From contig CAYRHK010000001.1 in the NCBI GenBank assembly GCA_964423825.1, forward strand, positions 1-36,367: DNA of 36,367 bases, in the 5' to 3' direction. Source of the stretch: an uncultured Terricaulis sp. Its GTDB lineage: Bacteria > Pseudomonadota > Alphaproteobacteria > Caulobacterales > Aquidulcibacteraceae. The notes under the pieces were generated by a model that ran no database searches, was not told the DNA's origin, and saw only the letters and a program-made list of their open reading frames with translations. Below are positions 1 to 9,553 of this stretch, piece after piece; within the stretch, counting starts at the first letter, position 1, and every line of letters begins with the position of its first letter. The position numbers were made by a program, and so were the translations under genes.

Positions 1-294
1 GACGGTGAACTCATCGCCGCCCTTGGCGAAGCCGCGCGTGCCGTCGAGCGGATCGACGCAGAAGAAGCGCGCGCCGCAATCGGGAATGCGTCCCACCGAC
101 GCCGCCTCCTCGCCCAGCATGGGCACGTCCGGCGCCAGCCTTCCCAATCCAGCTTCAATAATGGCCTCGGCGCGCTGATCGGCGATAGTGACGACCGAGC
201 CGTCGCCCTTCTTCTCTGCGTCGAATCCAGCATCGCGCACCGCCATGATTTCACGGCCTGCCTCAAGCGCCAAGGCGATCAGATCGTCAAGCAT
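1..294 (-). CDS. cysQ: 3'(2'),5'-bisphosphate nucleotidase CysQ, 5' part (runs off the left edge)
   Basis: Not in the ORF track. Manual translation from ATG at 294 gives MLDDLIALALEAGREIMAVRDAGFDAEKKGDGSVVTIADQRAE...LGEE...FCVDPLDGTRGF...EFTV, with the CysQ/IMPase KxDxSxVTxAD, GEE and DPLDGT motifs. Confidence 0.9.
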   Translation of the reverse strand, partial: MLDDLIALALEAGREIMAVRDAGFDAEKKGDGSVVTIADQRAEAIIEAGLGRLAPDVPMLGEEAASVGRIPDCGARFFCVDPLDGTRGFAKGGDEFTV

Positions 295-320
295 CAGCCC
301 AGCAAGCACGCCGCCATGGC

Positions 321-2351
321 TCAGTCCAGCGCTTCCGGTGTGTTGCGGGTGAGTTCTTCGCGCCACGTCGTCGCAGCCGCATCGCTGGGTGCGCGCCAGT
401 CGCCGCGCGGCGACAGCGCGCCGCCTGAAACAAGCTTAGGTCCATTGGGAACCGCGGAGCGCTTGTACTGATTGGCGAAGAAGCGGATCAGGAATTGATC
501 GAGCCAGTGGCGGAGCGTTTTGTAGTTGTACTTTGCCGACCACGCGCTCCAGGCCAAAAACAAGATCTTGCTCGGCGCCATGCCGTAACGCGTGAGGTAG
601 TACAGATTGAAGTCCTGCAACTCATAGGGGCCGACGACCGCCTGGGTGCTTTGCGCCGAGGCTCCTGGGATGAGCTCGGGGCTGATCTCCGTGTCGAGTA
701 CCCTGAGCAGCGTCGCCGCAGCATGGCCGTCGAATAACTTCGACTGCGCCACCCAGCGGATCAGGTATTGGATCAACGTCTTTGGCGCGCCGGCATTGAC
801 GTTGTAGTGGCTCATATGGTCGCCGACGCCATAGGTGCACCAGCCGAGCGCCAGCTCGGAGAGGTCGCCGGTGCCGACCACAAATCCGCCTTCCTTGTTG
901 GCGAGCCGGAAGAGGTAATCGGTGCGCAGCCCGGCCTGGACGTTCTCGTAGGCGACGTCATAGATCGGCTCGCCGCGCGCGGCGGGGTGGTCAAGGTCCT
1001 CCAGCATGCGCTGCGCCAACGGTTCAATCGAAACCTCGCGCGCATCGATCTGCAGCGCTCGCATCAGCGCCCAGGCGTTAGCCTTGGTGTCCTCGGTGGT
1101 GGCGAAGCCCGGCATGGTGACGCCCACAATGTTTTGGCGCGGCAGGCCGATGAGATCGAAAGCGCGCGCCGCCACGATCAGCGCATGCGTGGAATCGAGG
1201 CCGCCCGAAACGCCGATGACGACCTTCTTCGTGTTGGTGGCCTCGATACGTTTGGCCAGTCCCGAAACTTGTATGTTGTACGCCTCGAAGCTGTCGCGAT
1301 CGCGTCGCGCCTCGTCGTCGGGAACGAACGGGAAGCGGTCCAGAGGGCGCTGCAGGGGCAGAGGCGACGAGGGGGCGTCGAGTGCAAACGGGATGTGCGC
1401 CCAAGGCAGGCGGTCTTTCTCGCGAGCGGCCGCGTCGCGAAACGACGAGAGCCGCCGCCGCTCCGCCGCGATGCGCCCAACGTCGATGTCGGCCAGTACC
1501 AGCTTGGGCTCCCGCGCGAAGCGCTCGCCCTCGGCGATCTTTTCACCCATCTCGTAGGCAACGATCTGACCGTCCCATGCCAAGTCCGTCGTGCTCTCGC
1601 CAGCGCCCGACGCTGCAAACACGTAGGCCGCGCAGCAACGCCGCGACTGCGAATCACAAAGCACCTTGCGGTCATCGGCTTTCCCAATCGTCACGTTTGA
1701 CGCTGACATATTCATGAGAATTGTCGCGCCGGCGAGCGCCGCACGTGTCGAAGGCGGTGTCGCCGCCCAGAAGTCCTCGCAGATCTCAACGTGGAATCGG
1801 AGGTCAGGAAAGTCCATAGCCGCAAACACGAGGTCGGCGCCAAAGGCGACGCCTTCGCCGCACAACGGGATTGTATCTTCGTCGGTGTCGGCGCCGCTGG
1901 CGAAGTGGCGCTTCTCGTAGAACTCGCGATAGTTCGGCAGAAAGCTCTTCGGAACAACGCCCAGCACGCGACCGCGGTGGATCAGGACGGCGCAATTGTA
2001 CAATGCGGTGCGCCCGCGCAGTGGCGCGCCAACGATCAGGATCGGGAACAGGCTCTCGCTCGCCGCGCGCAGCATTTCGATTGCCGCTTCAGTGGAGTCG
2101 AGCAGGGCGTCTTGCAGCAGCAGATCGTCGATGGCGTAACCGGTCAGCGATAATTCCGGCGTCAGCAGAATCGCGGCGCGCGCTTCATCAGCCTCGCGTG
2201 CGAACGCGAGGATACGCTCGGCATTGGTTACGGGATCGGCGGGCGCAACGACCGGCGCACAAGCCGCCACCCGCACAAAACCGTGCGTGTATAAGCATTG
2301 AAAGCGATCAGACGCCGTGGCTTTCGCTGACTTCGGCTTGGAAGCTGCCAT
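321..2351 (-). CDS. nadE: Glutamine-dependent NAD+ synthetase (nitrilase-type glutaminase plus synthetase domain)
   Basis: N-terminal TPELSLTGY, PKSFLPNYREFYEKRHF and EICED motifs. C-terminal GVSGGLDST PP-loop, ENVQAGLR, GTGDLSELALGWCTY and QYKRSAVPNGPK. Confidence 0.97.
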   Translation of the reverse strand: MAASKPKSAKATASDRFQCLYTHGFVRVAACAPVVAPADPVTNAERILAFAREADEARAAILLTPELSLTGYAIDDLLLQDALLDSTEAAIEMLRAASESLFPILIVGAPLRGRTALYNCAVLIHRGRVLGVVPKSFLPNYREFYEKRHFASGADTDEDTIPLCGEGVAFGADLVFAAMDFPDLRFHVEICEDFWAATPPSTRAALAGATILMNMSASNVTIGKADDRKVLCDSQSRRCCAAYVFAASGAGESTTDLAWDGQIVAYEMGEKIAEGERFAREPKLVLADIDVGRIAAERRRLSSFRDAAAREKDRLPWAHIPFALDAPSSPLPLQRPLDRFPFVPDDEARRDRDSFEAYNIQVSGLAKRIEATNTKKVVIGVSGGLDSTHALIVAARAFDLIGLPRQNIVGVTMPGFATTEDTKANAWALMRALQIDAREVSIEPLAQRMLEDLDHPAARGEPIYDVAYENVQAGLRTDYLFRLANKEGGFVVGTGDLSELALGWCTYGVGDHMSHYNVNAGAPKTLIQYLIRWVAQSKLFDGHAAATLLRVLDTEISPELIPGASAQSTQAVVGPYELQDFNLYYLTRYGMAPSKILFLAWSAWSAKYNYKTLRHWLDQFLIRFFANQYKRSAVPNGPKLVSGGALSPRGDWRAPSDAAATTWREELTRNTPEALD

Positions 2352-2358
2352 GGCGGTG

Positions 2359-2387
2359 AGCTTACCAGATTATGCTCAGCCTGACTA
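2359..2387 (-). promoter_or_regulatory. Putative sigma70 promoter giving a near-leaderless nadE mRNA
   Basis: Minus strand reads TAGTCA-N17-TAAGCT-N7-ATG (-35 at 2382-2387, -10 at 2359-2364, ATG at 2351). No Shine-Dalgarno sequence upstream. Confidence 0.4.
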
Positions 2388-2624
2388 TAAAGGTTTGTCG
2401 TCGTCGCGAGGGTCGAGGTCGATGCGATCGTCATAGCCATGGCGCGCCGAGTAGAACACCAGCGCCATCAGCCCGCCGCCCACCAGTAGCGACAACACCG
2501 TACCGATGGTTAACGCGATCCAGCCATGAACGCTCATCGCGGAGGCGTCCCAGTCAGAGAGCACGCCGAACAGCACCACCGCCAGCAGCGCCATCAGCAC
2601 CAGGGCCAGAAGCGCTGTTTTCAT
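2385..2624 (-). CDS. Small membrane protein (79 aa, two hydrophobic helices), function unknown
   Basis: Two long hydrophobic stretches followed by FYSARHGYDD. Starts 3 nt after the ydbL stop, so probably co-transcribed. Confidence 0.75.
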   Translation of the reverse strand: MKTALLALVLMALLAVVLFGVLSDWDASAMSVHGWIALTIGTVLSLLVGGGLMALVFYSARHGYDDRIDLDPRDDDKPL

Positions 2625-2627
2625 CGA

Positions 2628-3020
2628 TCAGGTGCAGAAGCTCGGCATCGCCACCGCTTGCGTCGCTGTGCGCTGGCGCCATTGGCCTTGCTCGTCGCGA
2701 TAGCGCTCGCCAACCTCGATGCGGTTCTGGAATACCTCGCAGGCCACCGCGGCGGCCATTTCATTGACGGTTGCGTTCCGCTCGGTGGCGCGACGCGTGT
2801 AAAGCGCGCGGCGGCGAATGTTGTTCTGTTCGACGCGGCCGCGCAGATCCGCGGAAATCGCCGCGCCCGGCACGAAGCCCAGATAGCCGTCAGCTTGCTC
2901 GCCAACGAGCCCGGCCGCGCGCGCTTGATCGATGGCGGGATCGGCCTGCGCCGTAGCTTCGAGCGCCATGGCTGCACTCATCAGCGCCGCGACAGCGAAT
3001 GTGGAAAGAAGGCGTTTCAT
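2628..3020 (-). CDS. ydbL: YdbL/DUF1318 family periplasmic protein
   Basis: Signal peptide MKRLLSTFAVAALMSAAMA and motifs ARAAGLVGEQADGYLG, NIRRRALY, GERYRDEQGQW. Start taken at ATG 3020 after an AAGGA RBS; follows ynbE. Confidence 0.88.
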   Translation of the reverse strand: MKRLLSTFAVAALMSAAMALEATAQADPAIDQARAAGLVGEQADGYLGFVPGAAISADLRGRVEQNNIRRRALYTRRATERNATVNEMAAAVACEVFQNRIEVGERYRDEQGQWRQRTATQAVAMPSFCT

Positions 3021-3033
3021 CGTTGTGGTTCCT

Positions 3034-3249
3034 TCAGAACAGGTCGGCGTTTTGCTCAAGGAGCTCTTCCGCGTCGCGCTCGAGCCGTACGATGACTTCT
3101 TGGCGTATGGTGACGTTGAGATTAATCTCGATCGGCTCGTCGGGCGCTTGGATCTGAACCGGAATGCAGCCGGCGGCGGCGACCGCCAGCGCGGGCAGCA
3201 ACGCCCAGCGCCGCGGGGTCTTTGGCTCCATCGGGGTCTTTGACTGCAT
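3034..3249 (-). CDS. ynbE: YnbE family lipoprotein
   Basis: Lipobox-like LAVAAAGC followed by the YnbE-type PDEPIEINLNVTIRQEVIVRLERD...DLF. GAGGAGG RBS upstream. Confidence 0.9.
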   Translation of the reverse strand: MQSKTPMEPKTPRRWALLPALAVAAAGCIPVQIQAPDEPIEINLNVTIRQEVIVRLERDAEELLEQNADLF

Positions 3250-3314
3250 GGCCTTCGAACCTCCTCAGGCGATTGAGAACTCTAATCGGGTCAACTGAAT
3301 GGCGGCTGAACTTA

Positions 3315-6300
3315 TCATGGCGTCGCCGGGGGTGGGTCAACTCGCCCCGGCTCTTGCGGCGCGCTTTCCTCGGTTTCCGACCTCCCCTGACGGTTGAGCA
3401 GCGATATCGGGTCAGTGATCGAAGCCGCCGTCTGCGCCAGCGCCCGGAACGGCGCGCTGATGGTGACATTGAACGCGAACGGCACACCCCTCATGGTGAT
3501 GTCGCCGACGCCTGGGATGGGGGCGATATCGCCGAGTTCCACATCTTCGCCGGTGTTTTCTCCTGAGAACGCAATCGCGGAGATCACCTCGCCATTGAGG
3601 TCGCCGTCCAACGTAAGCGTCAGCTCGTCGTAGCGAAAGCTGCGCAGCGCGTCGAAGGCAATGCGCGCCGGCCCGGTCGCGCCCTGGCCGGCATTGCCGG
3701 TGTAGGCGATGGTGCCGCCGCCGTCCTGCGCACGCACGACGCCGCCTTGGATGAACGCCGTGCGTCGCGTCAGCAGAAGAGGGAAGCTGCCTTCGACCCG
3801 CCCTGTGGCGGCCAAGTCCGGCACGCCAAGCGTAGCGATGAGTTGCGCGGCATCCACGTCGCGCAACATGAGTTCGAAACGTGTCTCTTCCGAGCCCAAC
3901 GTAATCGTCGTCGGCGCCATCGCCAACGTGCCCGACGCGAACTCGAACTCTGCCGCCTCGATCGCCACTTGCTGATCCCGCAGCAACTGAAAGCGAGTGG
4001 CGCCGTTGCGTACTGCCACACCAGGATTTAGCAGGCCGACAGTCACCGTCTGCCCCGGCGGGGTGGTGAGCAGGAAAAGATCGTCAAAATAGATCTCGCC
4101 TCGAACATCGCCCACGATCGGGATCGTCGAGGTTGCCAACGAAACGCCATCCAGGCGCACGCGTCCGGTGCTGGTCAGCGCATCGTGGGCCCATTCGATG
4201 TCCGCGACCGCGGCCACATCGCCGCGCACGTTCTCAACGAGCCCGCGCGCGCGTTCGGTGATGTCGTAGGGTTGCAGATCTTGGCCAAACGAAATCCGCT
4301 CGGCGTTCACCCGCGCGCCGCCCTGTCCTTCGCTGATATTGTGACGCGCCGTGAACGCGGCCAATTCGCGGTCCCCTGCATCAAGCACGATATCGCCTTC
4401 GGCAACGACGGCGCCGCCACGCACCGTGGCGCTAACACTCATGAGACGCAGCGGGTTGAACAAGGGCCGCTCCGCATCGGTCGCCGGTCGGTTGGCGGTG
4501 AGCAGCGCTTCCCCGGCTTGTACGCGAATAATGGGCGCGCCGTTATCCTCCGGCCCCGCCTCCCAAGACCCGGCGATTGTAGTGACGGTCCCAGGCAGCG
4601 CCGGATCGCTGAGCGAGCCCTCGGAAAATTCGCCGACGATGCGCCAGGTCTCGGCAATCTGGGCGTCGCCGCTGGCATGCGCCAACACGAGATCGAGCGT
4701 GCGTGTTTCATCCATCTCGATCGAGAGCCGGGGGCGCTCGGCTTGTAGCGCCAGCGTCATGTCGCCAGCGCGCCCCCTGAATCGACCAACGACGTTGGCC
4801 GCGTTCAAGCGCGCGGGTTGAGCCTCGGGACCGGCCATCCGCCCGTTGAGAGCAAGTCGCTGCACCGAAAAACCGCCCGACAGCCCGCCGCGCGCGTCGG
4901 CGGCGATCAGCGCGCCGTCAAGCGCACAGAGCTCAAAGGCTCCGTTCGAGAACGACAGTCCCGCCGCATCGAGCTGGCCCATGCGCACCGGCAAGCACCC
5001 ATTGGACACAACGCGCCAGCTGTCGCTCCAGTGCGCAACGACATCAAGTGTCGCAACGAGGTCGCGCACGCTGCCGTCGCCGATCGGGCCGGTGACTTCG
5101 ACGGGACCGGCAATCTCAACGCGGCCTCCGCCGTCCGGCGCCAGGCTGATGCCGACATCCAGTTCCCGAACCTCGATGCTCGCGCCACCAGCGCGCCAGT
5201 TCGTCAGCGAGAGGGTGCCGTCGGATTGAAATCCAGCCCCCGCCGACCAGCCGAGGCGATCGAGAAGGAGCGACGCGTTGGGCGCCCCGCCCCCGCTGAG
5301 CTCCAGCGCTACGGCCCCCGACATCACTGGCTCGGGCCAGCTGAGCGCAAGCGTCGGCGTGTCTTGGCGCAGAGCCGAAAGCCGCAGCACCGCACCAGTG
5401 TGTGCGCGCGCTTCGATAGGCGCCGTGGCGAACAGGCGATGGGTCCGTCCGTCTGAAGCGATTGTGATCGGGATAGCAAGTTCGAAACTGTCAGCGGCGG
5501 CGCCCAGCGCAGTCTCGGCGGCGGCAAGTGGCGGCGCCAGCGGCGAGCCGGGGAGATCGGGAATGAGTTCGGAGATCTGATCTTGCGCGGTGTCCGCCAA
5601 GCGTGCGTTGTGCAGGCGCAGTTCTGCTTCGCCAGCGATGGCGACGATGTCCTCGTAGTCGAACCGCAGTCCGCCATCTGCAATCGCGTCTCTTGCCGCC
5701 AAGGCGTACCCGGCGAACGTAGCGCTTCGCGCTGTCCACCGAAGTGAACCGCGTGCGTCATCGCCTTCGGCTTCGGTCTGAAAGCGCAGCAGGGTTGCCT
5801 GCGCATCCGCTGCGGCGAGGGCGGCCGCATTGCCTTGCATGCTCCCGCGCCAAGCGCCGAACGCCAAACCATCATCGCGAATGTCAGCCTCAAACGACGC
5901 GCTGCCGGTGAACCCTTGCGCGGCGAAGACGGCGCCGGTGACGTGGGAGGCTTGCCATGCCGCGTCTCCGTCGATGCGCGCCAGATCGAGCGGCATGGCG
6001 CCCGTGACGCGAAGGGCGCCGCCTTGAACCTGTACGCTTCCCCACGACAGCGCATCTGCGCTCGCGGTCAGGCCCCACTCAACCTCACCGTCGATGGCGC
6101 GGATGAGGAGGTTGGCGCCGCCGCCGCGCACGCTGTAGCCGCCGTCCGTCAGAGTCGTCGGCGCGATCTGCGCTTCCGCGGAGAAGTCTTCGCCGATCGT
6201 GCCGTTTGCCACATAGGTCGCGGTCATCGCGCCAAACGGCGCATCAATCAGCGCGGATCCGTCCTCGATTGTGAGCGCAATCGCGGGGATGCTTGGCCGC

Positions 6301-6746
6301 CGCGCGCGACCCTCCCGCCGCAGCCCGCTCAGCGCCCCCATCGTTACCCTTCCGCCGGCATCGAGGGATAGGCGCAGTTGCGGTTCGACGATGCGCACCG
6401 ACTCCAGGCGCGGGGTCAGGCCTTGCCAGCTCCAGTGCGCCTCCACGCTGCTAACGGCCGCATCGGGATTCTCCTCAGCGCCGACGACAGCGTTTGCGAG
6501 CGTGATGTGATCCAGTTCCAACTCGACCACATCGAAATCGGCGTCTACGCCCCGCTCGGACAGCGCCGCTCCAAGTATGAAGTCCGCAAGCGGCAACCGG
6601 ATTAACCAAACCCCGAACGCCACTAGCGCGGTGCTGACCCCAAGCGCCGCCAAGGCCGTCGTCCAGCCGACCAGGAGCCGCCGTCCCGAAGGGGGCGGTT
6701 CGATTTGCGGTGTGTCCGCAATGCCCTGGTCAGAGGTTTGTGTCAT
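3315..6746 (-). CDS. ydbH: YdbH-type AsmA-like intermembrane lipid-transport protein
   Basis: About 1143 aa with a single N-terminal TM helix and a beta-rich body. C-terminal ATGRVEGSFPL...GGGTIAYTG...AFDALRSFRYDELTL...FNVTI. Directly upstream of ynbE-ydbL. Start moved to ATG 6746. Confidence 0.88.
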   Translation of the reverse strand: MTQTSDQGIADTPQIEPPPSGRRLLVGWTTALAALGVSTALVAFGVWLIRLPLADFILGAALSERGVDADFDVVELELDHITLANAVVGAEENPDAAVSSVEAHWSWQGLTPRLESVRIVEPQLRLSLDAGGRVTMGALSGLRREGRARRPSIPAIALTIEDGSALIDAPFGAMTATYVANGTIGEDFSAEAQIAPTTLTDGGYSVRGGGANLLIRAIDGEVEWGLTASADALSWGSVQVQGGALRVTGAMPLDLARIDGDAAWQASHVTGAVFAAQGFTGSASFEADIRDDGLAFGAWRGSMQGNAAALAAADAQATLLRFQTEAEGDDARGSLRWTARSATFAGYALAARDAIADGGLRFDYEDIVAIAGEAELRLHNARLADTAQDQISELIPDLPGSPLAPPLAAAETALGAAADSFELAIPITIASDGRTHRLFATAPIEARAHTGAVLRLSALRQDTPTLALSWPEPVMSGAVALELSGGGAPNASLLLDRLGWSAGAGFQSDGTLSLTNWRAGGASIEVRELDVGISLAPDGGGRVEIAGPVEVTGPIGDGSVRDLVATLDVVAHWSDSWRVVSNGCLPVRMGQLDAAGLSFSNGAFELCALDGALIAADARGGLSGGFSVQRLALNGRMAGPEAQPARLNAANVVGRFRGRAGDMTLALQAERPRLSIEMDETRTLDLVLAHASGDAQIAETWRIVGEFSEGSLSDPALPGTVTTIAGSWEAGPEDNGAPIIRVQAGEALLTANRPATDAERPLFNPLRLMSVSATVRGGAVVAEGDIVLDAGDRELAAFTARHNISEGQGGARVNAERISFGQDLQPYDITERARGLVENVRGDVAAVADIEWAHDALTSTGRVRLDGVSLATSTIPIVGDVRGEIYFDDLFLLTTPPGQTVTVGLLNPGVAVRNGATRFQLLRDQQVAIEAAEFEFASGTLAMAPTTITLGSEETRFELMLRDVDAAQLIATLGVPDLAATGRVEGSFPLLLTRRTAFIQGGVVRAQDGGGTIAYTGNAGQGATGPARIAFDALRSFRYDELTLTLDGDLNGEVISAIAFSGENTGEDVELGDIAPIPGVGDITMRGVPFAFNVTISAPFRALAQTAASITDPISLLNRQGRSETEESAPQEPGRVDPPPATP

Positions 6747-6899
6747 ACTACCTAACTTGGCGTGGGGCTTGCGGTGGCGGGTTGGGCCCCCGCAAGCGCC
6801 GCCACCGTGGAACAACAGGGTTTAAGGCTGATAACCAAACTTCGAAAATGCTTTTCAAATGAGGCTTTTTCGACGAGGTGGGCCAAAGGAGCACAGTAA

Positions 6900-8261
6900 G
6901 TGACCGCCGCGTTCACGCAGAAGCTGGCCAAGGCGAGAAAGGGTCTCACTGCACTGGGAGCGATCGCCGTTTGCAGCGGGGTTGGCGCGCTCTTGGCGTG
7001 GCGGGCCGGGCTCCTGGGCGAAGACGCCGAAGCTGTGGCCATCCGCGAGGCCTCGATCCGTGACGCCGCCGCCTTCCGCGCAGAACATCGTGCGTTTACA
7101 GAGCCTTATCTCGCCTATGAGGCCAGGGAACTGGCAGTTCGGAATGGCGAGACCTTGGCGGGATTGCTGACCCGCGCCGGGGCTGGGCCAGCCGAGGCCA
7201 ACGCGGCGATGTTGTCGATCCGGGATGTCTACGACCCTCGCCAACTGCGCCCGGGCCAAGAAATTAACCTGATCTTCGACCGCGCCGGCGACGAGGTTCG
7301 CCTCACTGGGCTCGCGTTCCGGTCCGAACCAGGCGCATCAGTCACCGCCAATCGCACCGCCGAAGGCGGCTTTGCCGCCCGTCAGGTGCTCATGCCGCTG
7401 ACCTTCGAAATCGCGCGCATCGCCGCCCGCGTACAAACCAGCCTGTACGCGACGGCCTTGGAACTGGGCGCCACTGACCGAGAAGTCGCTGCGCTCGCCG
7501 ATGCGTTCGCCTATGATGTCGACTTTCAGCGCGACGTGCGAACCGGTGATCAGTTCGAACTGGTATTTGAGCGCTTCTATGACGATGAAGGTAACACGGT
7601 TCGCACTGGCGAACTGTTGTTTGTGGGGTTGGAGACACGCCGCGGTGATCGCGCCTTCTACCAATTCCTGGCGCCGGGCGACACCCGCCCGGATTGGTAT
7701 GACGCCGACGGCAAGAGCGCGCGGCGCTTCTTGATGAAGACGCCGATCAACGGCGCCCGGCTCTCGTCCGGCTTTGGCATGCGCCGCCATCCAATCCTTG
7801 GGTTCTCGCGCATGCACCAAGGAACTGATTTCGCCGCGCCGATCGGAACACCTATTCTTGCTGCAGGCGACGGCGTCGTTGTGCGCGCTGGCCCCTTCAG
7901 CAGCTACGGCAACTACGTACGGGTTCGCCACGCCAACGGCTACGAAACCGCATACGCACACATGTCCCGCTTCGCGCGCGGCGTACGCCCTGGAGCACAA
8001 GTGCGGCAGGGCGACGTGATAGGCTACGTAGGCAACACGGGCCGATCCACTGGCCCGCACTTGCACTATGAGGTGATGTTGCGCGGTCGCCAAATCAACC
8101 CGATGACCCTTCAAGTCGCGAATGGCAGGAATCTCGAGGGCCGAGCGCTCGAGTTGTTTATGATCGAGCGCGCTCGCATTGACACGCTGCGCGAAGTCCG
8201 TGGCGACGAGACAACAGCGATCGAACCGGTCGGCGCCGCTGCCGCCGCCGCCGCGCCTTGA
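6900..8261 (+). CDS. M23 family peptidoglycan DD-endopeptidase (MepM-like)
   Basis: N-terminal TM and LysM-like VRNGETLAGLL segment. C-terminal SSGFGMRRHPILG, HQGTD (HxxxD), YAHM and GRSTGPHLHYEV (HxH). Confidence 0.93.
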   Translation: MTAAFTQKLAKARKGLTALGAIAVCSGVGALLAWRAGLLGEDAEAVAIREASIRDAAAFRAEHRAFTEPYLAYEARELAVRNGETLAGLLTRAGAGPAEANAAMLSIRDVYDPRQLRPGQEINLIFDRAGDEVRLTGLAFRSEPGASVTANRTAEGGFAARQVLMPLTFEIARIAARVQTSLYATALELGATDREVAALADAFAYDVDFQRDVRTGDQFELVFERFYDDEGNTVRTGELLFVGLETRRGDRAFYQFLAPGDTRPDWYDADGKSARRFLMKTPINGARLSSGFGMRRHPILGFSRMHQGTDFAAPIGTPILAAGDGVVVRAGPFSSYGNYVRVRHANGYETAYAHMSRFARGVRPGAQVRQGDVIGYVGNTGRSTGPHLHYEVMLRGRQINPMTLQVANGRNLEGRALELFMIERARIDTLREVRGDETTAIEPVGAAAAAAAP

Positions 8262-8294
8262 GCCAGCGCGCGGTATTCGCGCTATAGTCGCGCC
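8258..8294 (+). promoter_or_regulatory. Putative promoter for a leaderless thioesterase mRNA
   Basis: GCTATAGT -10 element (TATAGT at 8283-8288) ends 6 nt before ATG 8295. TTGAGC at 8258 with a long 19-nt spacer. No SD. Confidence 0.35.
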
Positions 8295-8765
8295 ATGTCT
8301 GACGATATCGCGCCACCAGCCAGCACCGAACCTCCGCCAGGTTTTGCCGCGCTCGACATGCGCCGCGGCTTCGCGCGCGAGATCGGCCCGCTCTACCGGC
8401 GCGTCTCCAGCGACGGATCGGTGATGGGCTTTCGTGTTGAGGACAGACACACCAACGGCCTGAAGAACGCACATGGCGGCATGCTGATGTCGTTCGCGGA
8501 CATGGCCTGGGGCCACGTCGTGTCCGTGGAAATGTCCTCTTATTGGGTAACGGTGCGCTTGACCGTGGATTTTCTTGCGAGCGCCCATCTGGGTGATTGG
8601 GTTGAGGGCGCAAGCGAGGTGCTTTCGCGCGACGACGATCTCTTCCTCGTGCGCGGGCGCGTGTGGACGCGCGAGCGAACGTTGATGATTGGGTCGGGAT
8701 TGTTCAAAGCGCTTGCCGCGCGCGAACCGCGGCCGGGCGAAAAAGCCTATCGCGCCACCCAGTGA
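8295..8765 (+). CDS. PaaI family hotdog-fold thioesterase
   Basis: [18 protein letters not shown] hotdog motif and [13 protein letters not shown]. Confidence 0.9.
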   Translation: MSDDIAPPASTEPPPGFAALDMRRGFAREIGPLYRRVSSDGSVMGFRVEDRHTNGLKNAHGGMLMSFADMAWGHVVSVEMSSYWVTVRLTVDFLASAHLGDWVEGASEVLSRDDDLFLVRGRVWTRERTLMIGSGLFKALAAREPRPGEKAYRATQ

Positions 8766-8768
8766 TTA

Positions 8769-9512
8769 TCAGCAGGCGTCGCGAGTGTTGAGGACCGCCG
8801 GGACCGTCATAAGTACGATCCAGAACTCGCTCAACCAAGACCATTCCTCAAGGTAGCTGCGGTCGAAGCGCACCCGGGTCTCGTAGCTGGTGCTTGAGCG
8901 ACCGCTCACTTGCCACAAGCCGGTGATGCCGGGCTTGACGAGTAGGTAATACCGGCGGTCGCGGCCATAGCGGCCAAGTTCAGCGCGGGTGACCGGACGA
9001 GGGCCCACGATGCTCATTTCACCCCGAAGCACGTTCCAGAACTGCGGCAGTTCGTCGAGGCTGGTGCGGCGCAAGAAGGCGCCGATTTTGGTGACCCGTG
9101 GGTCGCGACGAAGCTTCTGGCTTTCGCGCCACTCCGAAGCGGCCTCGTGATCCGTGAGCAGGATCTGCGCGAGGCGCTCTTCCGCATCCACAGCCATCGT
9201 GCGGAATTTGTAGCAGGTAAATCGCTCCCCCTGACGACCGATGCGGCGGTGACCGTAGAAAATGGGTCCCTGATCGTGTGCCTTGATCAGCGCCGCAATC
9301 GTCAAGAAGGCCGGCGCGAAGAACACCAACGCGAATGCTGCGACTGCGAAATCGAAGGCCCGCTTCAGCCCGCCGTTGGCGGCGCGCACTTTGGCGATGA
9401 GCCGACGATCAGTGATGCGATGCGCAGAACGTGGCTGCGGCTTGCGCCGTTCCAGGCTCGCGTTTACCGCAGGAATCCCCGCAGTTTTCGCCATGATCAC
9501 GTGGTCAGACAT
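8769..9512 (-). CDS. exoY: Priming undecaprenyl-phosphate hexose-1-phosphate transferase (monotopic PGT, ExoY-like)
   Basis: All core motifs intact: LKRAFD, KFRTM, DPRVT..G.FLR, SLDELPQFWNVLRGEMSIVGPRP, KPGITGLWQVSGR. The ExoY-type EWRESQKLRRDPR insert is present. Start taken at ATG 9512. Donor sugar not determinable. Confidence 0.88.
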   Translation of the reverse strand: MSDHVIMAKTAGIPAVNASLERRKPQPRSAHRITDRRLIAKVRAANGGLKRAFDFAVAAFALVFFAPAFLTIAALIKAHDQGPIFYGHRRIGRQGERFTCYKFRTMAVDAEERLAQILLTDHEAASEWRESQKLRRDPRVTKIGAFLRRTSLDELPQFWNVLRGEMSIVGPRPVTRAELGRYGRDRRYYLLVKPGITGLWQVSGRSSTSYETRVRFDRSYLEEWSWLSEFWIVLMTVPAVLNTRDAC

Positions 9513-9538
9513 CGTGAACGGCCCCCGCCATGTCCCTC

Positions 9539-9553
9539 TTAATGGCTTAGTAA
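9539..9553. promoter_or_regulatory. CtrA-box-like site (TTAA-N7-GTAA, one mismatch)
   Basis: TTAA tggctta GTAA lies in the divergent promoter region, about 27 nt upstream of the PGT start. Confidence 0.35.

Noticed and set aside
1-294. cysQ as a dedicated PAP-removal partner of the sulfotransferase
   Set aside because: Biochemically plausible, but it is 33 kb away in the nadE housekeeping block, and cysQ is widespread.
768-1700. 310-aa plus-strand ORF, and similar ones such as 34851-35828
   Set aside because: Antisense shadows of nadE and the epimerase.
8233-8257. GCC run encoding the poly-Ala tail of the M23 protein
   Set aside because: Short in-frame low-complexity tail with no frameshift or phase-variation potential.
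7338-8588. 416-aa minus-strand ORF
   Set aside because: Antisense to the M23 peptidase and thioesterase, with no recognisable domain.
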